Assembly (NCBI GenBank): GCA_905210905.1
Contig: CAJLYQ010000001.1
Location: 4,664 to 68,663, forward strand
Length of the DNA stretch: 64,000 nt
Direction: 5' to 3'
Source of the DNA: an uncultured Christensenella sp.
Lineage (GTDB): Bacteria; Bacillota; Clostridia; Christensenellales; DTU072
Shown: piece after piece, positions 39,301 to 40,982 of the stretch
How positions within the stretch are numbered: position 1 is the stretch's first letter
Layout: every line of letters starts with the position of its first letter
The notes under the pieces: model-generated
What the model was told of the DNA's origin: nothing
What the model saw: only the letters and a program-made list of their open reading frames with translations
Database searches by the model: none
Program-made: the position numbers and the translations under genes

Positions 39301-40982
39301 GCGTTGTTTGCCGACGGGTTCCGCGATGCGGAAGTGTCACCCCTGTACGGGTCGATGTATTTCATTATTTCTTCGCCGATAAGTCCCGACAAACTCTTCG
39401 TCAGGTCGATTTTCGACAGTTTGGTATTAGGCAAAAACTCCCTTCCGCCGCTCGTCAGATTGTGGAAGTCAAAGTACAGCGTATTAAGTATTTTCGCTTC
39501 CTTGTCCACTATCGTGTTGCCTAAATCCGGCGCGAGATACGCCGCAAAAACTTCTCTTCCGTTGTATCCGAGCCGCACTTTGGCGTAGTTTTGCGAGTTG
39601 TCGAACAGGTTAAGGCTCGCCGCGACGCCGAGATCGAGAACGTAACTCGCTTCGCCGCCGATTACGATAGGAATATCGCCTATTCCGCCGAGTTGAATGA
39701 TGTTTCCGGCAAGTCCTTTAAGGGTAAGGATTTCGTCTGTTTCGGACGAGTTGTTGACGCCGAGTTGCAAATTCGCTTCGAGATTGGTGAAACTACCTTT
39801 GGTATAGGTCGTGCCTTTGCCGGAATCGCCGAAGTTTTTACCGGCGAGAGAGATAGCCGCGCGTTTCTCGTTGCAAACTTCCATCAGGAACGGGGTGGTT
39901 TTGAGAGAAACGTCGAATTCGCCGTCGAGCGCGTCGATGGTTATGCCGAAACCGTTAAAGACGTACTCGTGTCCCTTACTCTTATCGCCGGGGAGCACGA
40001 CTTCTTTCATTTCGGTAATGGCGTCGAGGCTGAATCTGAGCGACGGCCAGTTCTTTTTGATAATGTCTTCCAGCCCGAACCCGATGGTGTCCTGCAAAAC
40101 GTGGTCGAGGTTGGGCAATCCGAAACCTTCCCACGAAAGTTCGAGATCGAGGAAAGAACCGATCTGGATTTTCCCGGTCTTGATCATTCCGAGAAGCCAG
40201 TCGGCTTTGAGATATTCGCGTACGTACTGATATTTGGGTACGGTGTAAGTCTGCTCTCTGCCGTTTTCGTCGAGAGCCTTGTAAGTATAGGACTCCGTCG
40301 AATAGTCGACTATGTAGTCTTCTTCGAAAAGGAGCATCCAGATAAGGCTGGTAAACTTTTTGATCGCTTCGATGTCTATGTCGCTCTGCAAAGCGTTACC
40401 GATAAACTCAACTATGTCCGTTTCGTCTTTCGTCCCCATTTTAAGGAGAGAAACGAGTTTTTGTCCGACGGTGGTGATATTGATTTCTTCCGCGTAATAT
40501 TTTGAGTTCTGACCGAAAACGAGATACGTCGTGGAGCCGTAGTAATAAATCCCGGCGTAAAGTTGGTTCGAGAAAACGTTGCCGAGTTCGAGAAGAACAA
40601 CGCTCTGCGAGTTGTCTTTAAGCGAGATGTTGGCTTTTATGCGTAACGAGTACTCTGCGGTCTTTTTCGCTTTTTTCGTGTAAAGCCCGCCTTCTTTTTC
40701 GTAAGAATGGAAATCGAATTCGATGAACGTGTCTATACACAGCCATTCCGGATCGTCGTAAAGTTCCTGATCCAGGAAGGTCATCGATTCCTTTATTCTC
40801 GCAAACGCTTCCGTCTTGGACAAAGTCACGCTCGGCGTAGGCTCGGGCTTTGACGGGTCGCTCGGATTAACGGGATTCTCGTTGGAATTATCCCTATCCG
40901 AACAAGCGACGATACTGAACGCCAGCACGACGCACACCAGTATCATAAAAAATTTAAGAAGTTTAGACGTTTTCGAACTCAT
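3378..40982 (-). CDS. Giant (12,534 aa, ~1.4 MDa) predicted lipoprotein / cell-surface protein of unknown family
   Basis: Single uninterrupted ORF of 37,605 nt. The ATG at 40982 is preceded by GGAG (ctcc on +, 40990-40993) with a 7-nt spacer. The N-terminus MSSKTSKLLKFFMILVCVVLAFSIVAC has a basic n-region, a hydrophobic core and the lipobox-like SIVA|C (Cys27 codon at 40902-40904). It is followed by the Pro/Asn/Ser-rich linker SDRDNSNENPVNPSDPSKPEPTPS. Composition is protein-like throughout. No HEXXH, Walker A, RTX nonapeptide, LPXTG or NRPS/PKS core motifs were seen by eye. Confidence 0.93.
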   Translation of the reverse strand: MSSKTSKLLKFFMILVCVVLAFSIVACSDRDNSNENPVNPSDPSKPEPTPSVTLSKTEAFARIKESMTFLDQELYDDPEWLCIDTFIEFDFHSYEKEGGLYTKKAKKTAEYSLRIKANISLKDNSQSVVLLELGNVFSNQLYAGIYYYGSTTYLVFGQNSKYYAEEINITTVGQKLVSLLKMGTKDETDIVEFIGNALQSDIDIEAIKKFTSLIWMLLFEEDYIVDYSTESYTYKALDENGREQTYTVPKYQYVREYLKADWLLGMIKTGKIQIGSFLDLELSWEGFGLPNLDHVLQDTIGFGLEDIIKKNWPSLRFSLDAITEMKEVVLPGDKSKGHEYVFNGFGITIDALDGEFDVSLKTTPFLMEVCNEKRAAISLAGKNFGDSGKGTTYTKGSFTNLEANLQLGVNNSSETDEILTLKGLAGNIIQLGGIGDIPIVIGGEASYVLDLGVAASLNLFDNSQNYAKVRLGYNGREVFAAYLAPDLGNTIVDKEAKILNTLYFDFHNLTSGGREFLPNTKLSKIDLTKSLSGLIGEEIMKYIDPYRGDTSASRNPSANNASSVVITEPTGFDAMKLIELLIAEKKEPDEDGRYKYLKLPKKGKSSKLEVSLDNYAINTLMSMFVGGMTLVEEDDGSLHYENGIGIDRVTVGLDFADPLSSIRVGADVNDRVSLKVGIGSDKEGGGYNTGISYFKMPEFDFSALGLDKNLRPTNKDEAEKLRNEYKELSTTLSYAATVAGNFAIGSDEGTSLNLDSIMKYLTENYLAKMGINLGQLLASVKVQSASELRIGYEIQLAASLVDLSSAKAVIDLYFLDKNGNKFEQFGGYPFLELYYVGGATDTLYINTEVSPDADKNLTEQLHTVLGLTEIIYGNVPRLSITNTGIANMLNGKGLDIATLLAYLGVVGYDKDNPSSAAKAFYITKNLLRNADDGGVDVNPADNSILDMVGGMINSVTVKDGALGVIVNRDLVTMVMGLAGLAVKDGLPEVNGSLYVHLGTELDKDADGNKIFTDEGGNLYTATATGDKVIDKDGNEREVSSLVLKEKLKDRAFARAHVGIVDYANEEKEFFYLDLTLIDTINVAKTDVPTFKGPLTTAASEYTSIAEWSKDLQVSVNVEVMLEVSASEEKTEWDKINDVLSQLVPSESLADYSALLKTVVVRFYNDYFSDVSSNNKKGLNLGIAVKGTIDVSDIFASELSVIMFDASEPDGSGYTAADGSQYKVIVGIYLKDNKAYVDLSYFGMDLLALSDVRNTYKGIRAAQFDALWAETYVEDKTSGETLFVYDEEAAFMDEAYRQTMLTYFLENQYSQYKGSTVSTSGKGYYETEFPVSDYKYFVWNERILQAQEEDKDDYSKLYFGDLKEHYNAYVYVKSDIEKVFRTASGDNTPKLNPGFVKYEVKADGEIHVYDGRTETSFVTISPVIRDGKSVTLNVVDVENKLRTNSYGESDFDYKLFLAQMKSEAYSGYDEYINKYVAYWSATREGAPSVIPTLNDAYMNNVAKKKQYFSASYVNSTEYTSAKSTLSANVIADLRRLGGNYETMTAAQIRATEEYRTRYEKGEAQLIQGYVDAQAETAGINKSDNAKIIAYTMLSLLNGKEMANFGVYDAPQALNAALKADSERLAPSNAASIIGPDSGNQKSYLTDVGAIALQFVWNRGKLTFELTQEVINAVITGLGYPELGEIININYLGLGLDFSAGLRLEVMAKLGDVYSILLAINELEASIDPNERSRYAVNVDKFGDVGMPTGIPDSVYVEASVGITLQNVVNNLAEAENKDVTDYDLTDLLNRFLSNSAFKSVELEAFYNEIADKNPDKTETPDGIIDLKRTAWNQLYDNYRSEEDDDQKTRKAEMDKVYEATWTDIENQQKKDNADYLGITKDSKEHVALAWDKLLSGSVKINLNELGVKVIAQLFENINATLFIDAEALVNFNNIYSSTLKVTIKRWLGEKGKDYSVDDENNIVKELTNNEKRRSAETVLTFYYDGSVNTSYSEFRGAIYIDTDIFGIGQVKLDDITVIWTEVFKYLGTDMFGSETIKSVYKFFGLDENGQNPKNAYRASNAAPSGEHGKVFNVAQNAAGDDVVYLTGEGVTAKTYLDVMFYKGELGIGVAKSAVLNVLNLLAGIDLTDQLEGKIDFNAAVMLNFSDNLGVDVSVNLANDKGGKSAIKIGAGEISLNLDKAPDRPDESKFVEIEKLANIGAAIGGYASFELGQMGETLNYDYLFKLLYGAIFDDRDPEIGLRVGIDENDIFAQTNYLEIRANANMMTMSKFDGIELYLTLTSKTNHDIYEELGKNDETGKGWRTIMDEYFGSADTYERRWVLLKNFAASRNENAGDPAKTEAENLIDGGGKFFFDLMESIEDEMENLYGAIMPEERYQKFWNELYGRCGDYYMGNVMSLFVTLKEGDESLGQSPIYGKIYLNFAFLGVEPIVLDDVSAFVVAIGKSFGIDYSKMFNKNDKGNDEETPSNAPAALATSASSALNVLGSFVIGIDTRKNKDFIAAEITSAAIYSILAAFGVENIEQYFGENPDGGTDNPYYPGYSPNLKVSLFGYNDVDEEYDLLGVELDLKNMLNLRIAVETPTIDVARGNKRFVIREYAKDADTGIYKDYYTTIDAQWDTTLKVSVDGGLSLGAKDQSDNEGKDPKINLGDLLRILLGDNFNVDVVIDTTQTVWADLHFYIDAKVNVMSLWSLINKDAETGKAPYESMTIPEIIGAAGAEAYIEIVSREKQLDDSGNPVKDADGNEVISGEKVLIGIYLIKERNDNGDEYLSLYIDLGSLNISPISIINLTATGSDIWANLGKLFGKSEEEVAQAKAQDIRDSQLDIFALYTAMKASETANATNGANNRYSSVSEMSEKSKQLKSEIYGENGDFEALAKRIAAGETPVRNAAESASNADGQIMDDFISIVVGNDYGATVTAVAAVLIKMLDEAFNDEKSISRRAFTALVEKRIKDEIEAEKKVLSNISKNMDNLLASLQTEDVVASKSEAWVALTADNSNVLPATYKAQSKTLYDSVVANASKDGFSTASKKDEQVLQSVAWDAFYWTINGVTYEEAILVYEDRDQKADDKYDITLAKFNEYSGLSVKEGDKTIDGLIGGLADRLKNALSESDRVVLTAIEYSEYYYEAAAFDDYAQYLEDMLYVLNRVYDEAKSKNTHAGTNKELYNKQIAYDVLMSDNGSRSYTLPAARYGTSTRDFHLDTADYSLFAGWYDAYLKGYETAGETDAKAKTWQDIVNRYQTAYSYLITAINAVNSSAYNLFYEAGVTLDEGVLPFSTATASGITWYSNLKVPVKYDKFDDRFSVTFKTFAWEYLVESGWMESAHETRFISAEMLNISSANKGKDEEAYKNYAWPSYYADVKTLTEKGEGFGYVLARNCTYVLDDKSAGSDILYHKEFADGDKDASGRTTWKLVKLEDDLLGTMDELFTNAHSDVPTIIVDTAGGVGTAQVGLLHENNLVAVHIWLGNIEMEVAFSGAGLYLDEYDINKSVFTATKEEGYWVQKEEQQLVADFIHELPSDHFAPFDADFKYVYAKLSLDFDLEADQTSFNLQKLIDTVMNDLGINIELGGNELGFNLILETLQSISKKFRLEVEARANMFDLFKGELGTTDIALTLYALEGSGDRKVMQIALGSYIDSEDGTAKNFVYVDFSRFNVQRLIIRDAIEYVRNLLGGDAAKALAPYDLDYVSSIPELLGAAAMYGAMNAADEDGVISVKNAAATAENETIDIKLRKAGLSTTVASGAIYALLNFFGLPQIEKYVSKAVDLTLGVDIFAVDDDLIGKDYTDADRDLIRLSIALNSLGKDGTTADSTGVRLDFGIHKAEVSLDQRKFVLGADSAASLETKLDLPKNDKGEKLYAEIAEELPNLVVTTSLEFQIKAEEVSRQDFNKSPVKDILDSLTKEGNLSSIIGQIFFEIYDDHDMTLAIDLAADVDLGDGSDRNYLDHIISGSVVRIQVRAWHTNPSTAEGDIEELKKKVWATITYYEGALYVDLSALNIQKIKLDDAAGMVFGSGEKAQNSWNEIGEMWKAASALTTRTNLEATMYGDSEGIYLMIEKAAISSLIGVLGFGSLEIVSDALAELYVEAIKVGGDALSLGLGVNIAIDSKGTIFVDGGDSGIKDPNRGDSDVDATFVVHLGVRGIYIGFNNLEDWSPINSTEYNEVREINVIKLGTQAYLELGNEKGTYELKALIETLLKKLDVNLNLNKELQAIIELLDSNSVKFEIAVDLDLGIGTIINDIISGTKSFGDVMPDDITTIIKALQAKLTLNIIREGKATSTVTIALIRGDVYLDLAGLNKTLGKGKIENAVDLIGSLLGGEAQNGSYVAEQATEATQALAGFINALAKAQNGSPAITDAELNAQYLHFALSGTEGLTVTVIYGAVKSVVRYLLGSESLAEVIDMISLVSNPSASANLGYDVELGLKLTVPSTVFNDNDFNEMNALIEEGKNFFGYGKDTVETFTDELFLNEDKNGQGYNYEINASGLTVNEFARAIAEKTQLYKKYNVSDAAKANKVDELIRTTFLAGGTSVEKWLNNYKARYAFYDEAACKVALYDYLLVAAYENGDDFVTYFGGTAEDKNAAGEALSAYMYGDEASGTARAYGEIVSYLQKTYETDKDVEQAAYDFVVAYIKGLIVSRDAWLVLIGAEIETVGDGLIVHSEKYDELYDELLIEAWKEKVSRIDEEIKAHESLATEEDKTAFARAWIEKAYTIYSENYGKTTAGDRDYRAVAYEELTDLLEVDAALELTGMRNDDKNTYKNKLWRDAMIYTYCDPAAVAIIKGVAEIEVSGSDKREAFDKARELMHSITSGIEAYALEALTGSAAGKDMLTGEEELSLAYDLIYDFKRAVAGVKEYFGGNVGNSTRKLLAAIGKSLYEKGYRIAGRTDDAAMTSDEYAQLYEETYKLSANLFAQFAKGEATYERYMSESFSAKAWDELVGGLNFDIENTDDFLKAAEEYINSGSVSGTLYESLVKTDKKTLMYLLENIYYDYGKAKQTISAQGGSGIDETLHDAFGKTTVATYATEAMISAVSGMVIDSFSKEYVYAMALAFLAARKAAPSLGETFANDGLGSVSLILADSGDEIFLYASAYGALAKLAAAASASDETVAAAALAKSYYDAFTTSKEYYSDESARLGADEFALIAARAYVSASATVKGELELAAYYYGQRSDVITIDDDDFTEEEKAALTALKKANAEGSPEKELKDAAYRRVLRSSSTTEMYEEYLAVRSNFIFEVIYRTSKENREALKDIIMVSADENVDNMASAVIGESTAFTAENVDIYYEIYGEEFSEELGNFVLEVYKESIKGENKSVSPILEEALEQLVYKVLYNKLTVKEQAATLIALYREAETLGSTLNSGNYPLLKTFYEEFGEEISAFSTDSKNLPKISEELLKGEGYSSNATLGELTSKEIVDYYNKLVSALGTSLDKKVLELNKGLVSGTGSDNVAGALYESVKTYLADENAFRNNEESSTYQAQKVQKTNGDGTKYEEPKQDDLGYDAATKTQSVRDYFDLTVTITVDSGVTFPMYNGSSSIWRILGVGEIPFRNPVENEKRGTKAVLSDGTVVPKSWTTSDVTAKSWISTSYASTGTFTIEYSYESDGPDNPSMDGSEAEAMEAAQEKALNEYLNNTAYKALLSELSGKAHTSFRSDVNDLIKFTGMMIGTESMTTDPSVNVPKFDVTSGDTRDRTYINLVNATSSSSALYTYANSAINAMNVWFEEFGDVITEKDFADFNVSALKHFYSYLKPVDSRDYYKQYIQTGALGDVLTALKNENGFVLDPASELGRLAEIRDNVYAYLKELKLDETTEAVSGEKSRELVYKYYDELMTLASAWISYADVRTTAGRTLANVLTDMAEQVRLLSFEYYAYTIYRLFDRMTDEGHTFSGGKVLKKTETRYAGIAGMRETDKAAEKAVFDKVLYNVTLYTCMDETTTAEKDKEIVIGMPSAAKTMYMTKEEAAIFAEILFGLTKKKNTTYYPFDYTLEAYKSFYGATKTERETFLARNAEKAISYVEKIVASIGTGTVGSLTTLRNDINSEYNNIISALRGVTDGENYSFVKIFTDAQSKATKAGLSGSAMSLAVMCDVIGTVYGGRNVSVVYPTGTAGSTARIAVSAAWTKLVNFMLDGGAGVTINGKTRTWYEILFGRENDTGYLKDKDLALANTYAFNVDVNEFRSNASPYDELEQAIFSDFKALYLEVLFTEASAEGINTIQDLLDRVDGKSYNATYTDFVRFAKSFVEAYDGAIESLGATGKYTEEDVVAYAKIIAVRESLCLVYSASSFDFTVYGAVTRYTLEKLFIEYSTDMTEKTTSGDEFGTAYNYGGAKNATFFDDYLIDVAGRTGSVTTVFDGLKAMSGATRAYGDKLASYVSALFTQTDALKALYGDLVETLAPGSAFDLESYLSVGNNGYKAASAMVGLINAKDYGVSGLTEKLKSVFRTYTAKTDVSTYLIYKYARLASYLAADFDELYDLLAASGEATDRALAEPYAAMRADSASDTEKAVALDKIVATVGMSFDEVKNASARAAYEKAYKVLRMTENASEYLTQDVWESYFGGVSRETLADDFDVLYDAIINNASDNAFYETITDDKKELISAAREKLAVSANDKEKSKAMFVLVNAIPADYELNGVTANALVKSAREKFVRLGITDADAFTTLSDSAWRKQYGGSEATYAAVTPALELKTLLDSINEHPDDETSIGKLLDSLKFTETAKYLDSYVYQLGYDVNAEANDFAQQRELIERAFVKEYNAAAATRYDVVEIDLGLGVEIGKTYVGAEIDPDNYREDLIPYEDQQKFINYDEMQLYLGFGGFFSFGFGEGDADIAQIVNLILGGLNISEIYIEFLKTHIMLGTLKAQIALDIAKALSEDEAQRKQSLTASITIEYALIDNDERGETTRFEQQIIAITVYDGSIYLAVEIFDMSLKLRLDFDAMSYLLKLLGIIKDAESETPSTATPHLDEINTAISAVLNGWSEQTAKEKGTPIGQLANAASTSTGKDVLEALVRIGGDEAGLILTVDILLEAFNLLLNDNEATDALNDIILMIFTSGSAKVEYGSDFGINLNLSKNRTISGDKNTSDNLSYDINLGLFNDTVFSMNSVERPEGTKDYFGDFTSEIRSKSENGEYDSYYVMGLDVIGMINGVGAGTGSVDVGSIVSDIIGDRLQFGVSLELDSEILRTAVDWSKLFSAMGTLSVEPIFLMRVLNSTSGSIRFDVNIDLDISKVNFDVSVRAYNNGVNIFNVYELSGTLNTDDTPEFAPKFYFDMGEPRPDWTAEENNKLAGEKYVVTAQSVYDFLKINLMEVILDLTGGDHDEIIVERPDNAPAFGDDSAVELKDIDFGKVLQSVTFGQGTLGIRLSEAILNTLIKIINANWEFDDMGNVRLDIDFMQNTVGITVPLDAAVRDADGNILSDSKLKYGIKLSNITLHIGEAVDFIGVTGKETYSAFRDYKESTKFVWISEVNSSLGLHNDDENTMVDLSDLTMRFIEGLGIKLQNGESLLDVSLDFVLRTYIDFSDVTNLGFELLINRRGRTLIGITFIGAERDGDVYINLEGLGLPKFYMTGVDLGGKIVEVLQKLEESVSGNGEETPANADGSISGGISSGDKTAIEYPDITKAGISANLLLALMDENKFNVAMTGALLLNLLGTLPKIKDISAMIPTFANLQLGYEKDKLSGIKLVYDEGQHFFIDYNFEKSYSYLVPKRDLLDKANKDYDDARSHMVSDEDKKDFVNIDNLKNVSIGLTVDMTLVTVNPDGQKSDVVEQLEALLEKLFGMKDGSIDLQFQDAYASITIAAEIIADLTDINNSKLKVEILYNGETLIGLYYLDKTVYLDLSELGLIQAAVNGVDLAGALNYFLGGSLPIDLDEEKGLDVKGLITSLIGVGAGEETGTTDKTTTSISEKKIESAIEELKKNYETRYKAGEFEELTATEKEAIKQEIKDALKQINADNDNLLSQSDFDKAYEDIIKSIGFRQTGSKINTEQDRKEAAVIAISLFNDRIEITPTSDALSNLLDMDIPAFSGISLAMNLDAGLTNLALNINMDGNNRFSLSLPEEGGIRLGFNLTDAEINNKIGAIDTAGYGGLNGLFVGASGINVDVETLIGSLLDTLDVNNLQLNLEKRTDYWSRRDLYSFYPYVNASGPTYYADDISGYDGQDAHAFTVIFKVIKIARMVYELGKAIKAIVEMLANWASSIWNIIKLVKALYEIYNQLKDLVGEISLPHEHFPKLYRNTFSRGRLAINRTANNVLGLALTVPSGKSTAVKAYIEDSTLLLDMSLDFSIDLLGLVKLDMSTVIDTALGFISGPMGNDGGFETTGAVPLKMLAICPEWIMTLIDDKSVENTSGYYGRIYGRLTDQYGQPVKDATVTYVTDSAEYSVKSDKDGYYYFVEIPMTKHVNPMNNPYVLSKVKEAMKAANGSEAPEMGKAWYEGVEYIYHDGYYYVNSDRGTLSFYAEGYASPANETGLFIQPAQTRKALVFNQEGTMYRTSGINSSLVKMKGYASLATLTSGTSAETADAYLAGMTKDDLIGGVTVKYNGGLKSGTTNMIREDDTYGTFNMSYEVYPDLRSLGGGKQFFDVTLGGYKWTGAAVARRVVMNSDGTSGGYSGLKYLADETAIDEWIENVASEAADPGTESKKTYNVEIYFLMEYEERNTVTFVGSLCEYVEAADFFVGNPIIGEFYEFDSSTNGYKLTADETYQANKKYYTKQIPLADDYTIWVAVADRGGSNWQTVGVHDYYELEPDNFSTSVDKENGTFSITTSALAKGKDYKLKIRSKKYQNIDLRMAGTEKYVTYTDGKNRSAATTFAYANGSDEYINAQFFLERRAAHWSDTYVSEDASLLEGMRIRIGTDVLDKDYISTRADSDTYVYDELEYQTGGEIIYNNYSYVEVWLNSGKFNKIIMMVNNLLWGMDGTMEVNPDASLTPKDISISNRTSESDFDASQYKEKDLAKNGEDYYIDRFINLYRGQYNEDDFKVGDKIYQSEGAYLQAIISASQKTGSGLIHYLLMMVLIDMAGLGKYSYDFSWLTNLFGGDYDESYIGLIDLLAFAVASPKSFEAIPKLWILDIGGILSKIGTMIGDLLAMVSRTISGLLPLYTSYNMFETSDLDQSPLNAATYALSMKDETGNVIEEETGSIHDLFLGSNSKKTIEGAYTVQRNDEIVEGAKLYRETVEHDRSVYAKVSLEEGGENGSIDNIRLVLNGATYSKNAEYGGSSVESKNVDSDVTPDKSKEWNYDFPYYSGQNGKFFSKSSKQINESYYVKTSTQVSAGGGAGLYVRVKGTDRYIAAAEAGSDLAQYEDYYYAKVEKTEKTNVSKSYTFRNDTGAIYEIKASDIRTMMVIEKGKEVDFTGAYYGKNGSTSGYASYVSKFEHVSDFMEDWISSSNHNSYSTTDVYFVDELTGEKVVYYRYFVFDAYGDKYDMKDNGNSIKDDRYQEVDIDFNGLGIRNVITTDFSDARFYRYEYSEEEGYKAVGEDDGTGARLWTNPTKIIIYDPYDLTDFRAIGGTWSMMGTSSGEVGRRNYDAQVTVKDILANRVNVRFNTGTSRGSNGVGIAWNLDAIKGFKPMDGEKYYLEGYVGNVVFAEIEIEVVNASLEGADGATDTANTIKTELLKLAQRIKFDPYKESVENFIDKFYDVFMAEYSSTEKVNDNPLREKTYIYNDLVWTLDYTYTTYKDKDGNRIKAYDSLTDYDNAYINLKYRTYGKDANGENYKSNTAWNSLKISLLEVKNYTIDTVSAAIEGEGVVGSGVVRADRELIKARLMSLYPSMKESDATTRANTYSGMIDINPLNNSNPYETMEKISSFDVLLARLTAEGNEEVIDGWEIIPNSFEVERNKLGRTLAEYDSLDTSEQNYTVSYKITDATGNVQTVKVWVHIQASGITGTSDGLEGELYDAVTPYEQSTTGDKVTDVLNALNLKRETGIVYENTSEAESAIGEKVSLGANPTVEYVALVVPTEDGYEVKPYIYVKGENGLSYSIPIKKYDDSSLVDYSLGSRTGKASFVIDLEVGKQGFARTEMNEIITKVLLESAKTNSSYTSDKAKAKAYDVLYEQSDRLTRNEMTASYNDYRSRFPLIGETSAKAYVWEKVYDSYVEETSDLYSPVDALMLDVILLKQQLTWASLTYEGAKSNGYDLIYASGTVSTRKLSELVDEAQSKTPSSTTTERKAYAWDKWYDEYTRAVIGLPRTIDTRTVSKVAAVIVTETVPENITELGNANVSFKGVVDKNGQAEFFSKAVTWLDEDKIIASLRENVGIAGYLAYAELVLKDNVFGSQIVRGIPVQLSIIKVERLIYNTIGNELSERTSYRPEWSDEFIRLGVDPYDEESIDITLGWYFTQTSATSDNDAILLRTSTEAGATQSVISYFNRVWELATYFDENGREKVLWRYKNDSNNNGDRTDDGVGFDGKTNTEIEVLVRSYGYSENSASNKWQTWVTFDLANVVNAKDGVVLTEPSGEYRTYNFISDATISSIDGEAEFNGEKVAISKAYGKEYDYEMSIDPYKVDLSGEGTFSVVYTRNASKPVNDPERYSELKGTIDLSVAEMKNFYNRSYVDTEIVFGTTYNNKQTVKVRIYNSTIRRFTEITGIEYYNGDKLVDFDKVIASAYDDLTSIMPDKAVVTVVVDESVTEKVTLDVVWSNIDEYDYTGLAANGKRPTALALIGNRTFGYRTDEVTLKIAQEIITSIDEKDGVKLGDLPDAVTVDPYNSNGNAEQASGMSMDAIKAKYTEVLITSDVIFDGEVIQAGKQRKVSIKIDDGNIDYDAYNASGFAEATHEIYFNVGSTVVYGANGQNSFEVRTAYPVSATLLSRKIVSVVFKERTVVDGKEVIGDETELSGDIYKEVYLGDFASDDSPYAVYAQYGSGNQPVRLADGITIDELSRRSVEYTPGGGEYTVKAYIGAGSLRQEFDVVVRIEKAMLLGIVNTDEAGISAAGTYHGNEMLVYERNAGLDVYELKNLVIEPFVGFVNMGEFKTNAYVDYNGRKDYSSYGLPSEIEVLLDRKNGTETTKLSVIWDYSAVLSVMSINGGEYDEKETNTIVLAKVYKDVDEDGNPVNVQTARVSVSVTNRAIKHYEVSYDPKGAKGTYAAIDDLIYTKFNGGATSTYELLLDPYNLKNAMFESNNRINATSATYSEEITDESGNANATFTYFRYAKAICEGGYEITYMLTSDNYKIYDARTGYATVKSNLYTGRNVTVELTVGADVTDSEAARKGASDAYGLRVAPKTNGKDYVPSSTSEKVFRDAIDVRILDMTYETGKGLDKDAYYIDVYGIIESFDKTVNYDETVSGKTIIGKDNSKYAWGEGYNGTISNIVSHTFDTISYDGADANVNRYAIETVKGNGAGGVAVTLKKATGSGAGRQIGYGGGVGRLIVTFGSASEQATGGVQTFDVPVIYVERTVESVLFVTSAAEGTTAPFYNSSTNTFEFDPFVRYVNNPDGFAQDEATGNYEQGYLKYGQYGATLRFKETAIDKALNVTLKTSSYDLSEQVNTQYVGLTFSDSSITIKTSGGTFDVYGIVSNSGKDSELSRQRIPFKAKFKSRIAGVNTAVPHGTTADGEVVYYHKLAEESNEYYEIVNGFTANLFVDGVLTDKTVTLDNGDILTVKCLDKDKLEKALKVYDYIGKFNIGEEISRGVFKNRAGQVYYVYGKGTTTPVRFVYGKNATDYIGEVVVNGKKNKVTFILTSEEISGEVDGELYNNGVQMIFKMDATYGINYRGTGVKFLMKVPGFAAGRNERQEIVVKVSTKEQYIPFAIPTMKYGFNGKSAQADAYRIDMTNTVIEGVTVDIYGYAWLKYFESLIDAKSDGHHDYLVSNGKIYLRDTTWGSNADTSYGTMHMISYDTVTGRFTIESPYYFIEDGGIKMPDYVMIYAGSKALKDEFTAALSHFGGNVSDEFTAYGSFSEWLNAWMENGEKGGSLDSYYHYYRGAQTAEYEKYLVALWSGGNENKITVNFNDEERATTFKMSIDDQSVSLNFKVVPWLIAGTANSVVLFRSTEQYGPEDIIMFPLTAITESDGTKNADILAKNFYNGNSALTSVVYDEASNLQPKFDKYYGYRIYYNVNGVNYYINVLDIYGGGTYRNNYNKWYFGEVRFGERDQYAKMTLAGKGGQKVAWEFTQLSDRKQISTNVPSLISVSRTKSYQLPENLVVRYGGGATTPANIYIPIEYGDAESTNVSSTIANDMTYVFYERENGTVREARLNSNQADGMRAANGTGVLSTSVYRDGRYVKTNTSTSSTSVAQSAVYKLGTVTEGEEGSEVDKEQYAVNDDQLAKITWSVSGRAAYPATLDGIGGKIIVATYGQNAPFYFEKSKYQQYKSSIKDYLKLYLNEKSDWKINSSNLKLIRPDNSMSEDDMLYSFSNTEVSAVPTGYTYNRTADKLWNLKNTSGNVYENWYGTTGNESGEKVLLRIKKGSEFDIRYLPLLTVAYDWDVEYFMNNPWYKNKDDKILGIPTPNAIFYLIFKSLFGDGGHVTGTQKASIVLPWQDAYLTDELGNLISVGDGNGFTYIDTSSTANKYILCLDNVAVGDSVLNLKVHINIVA

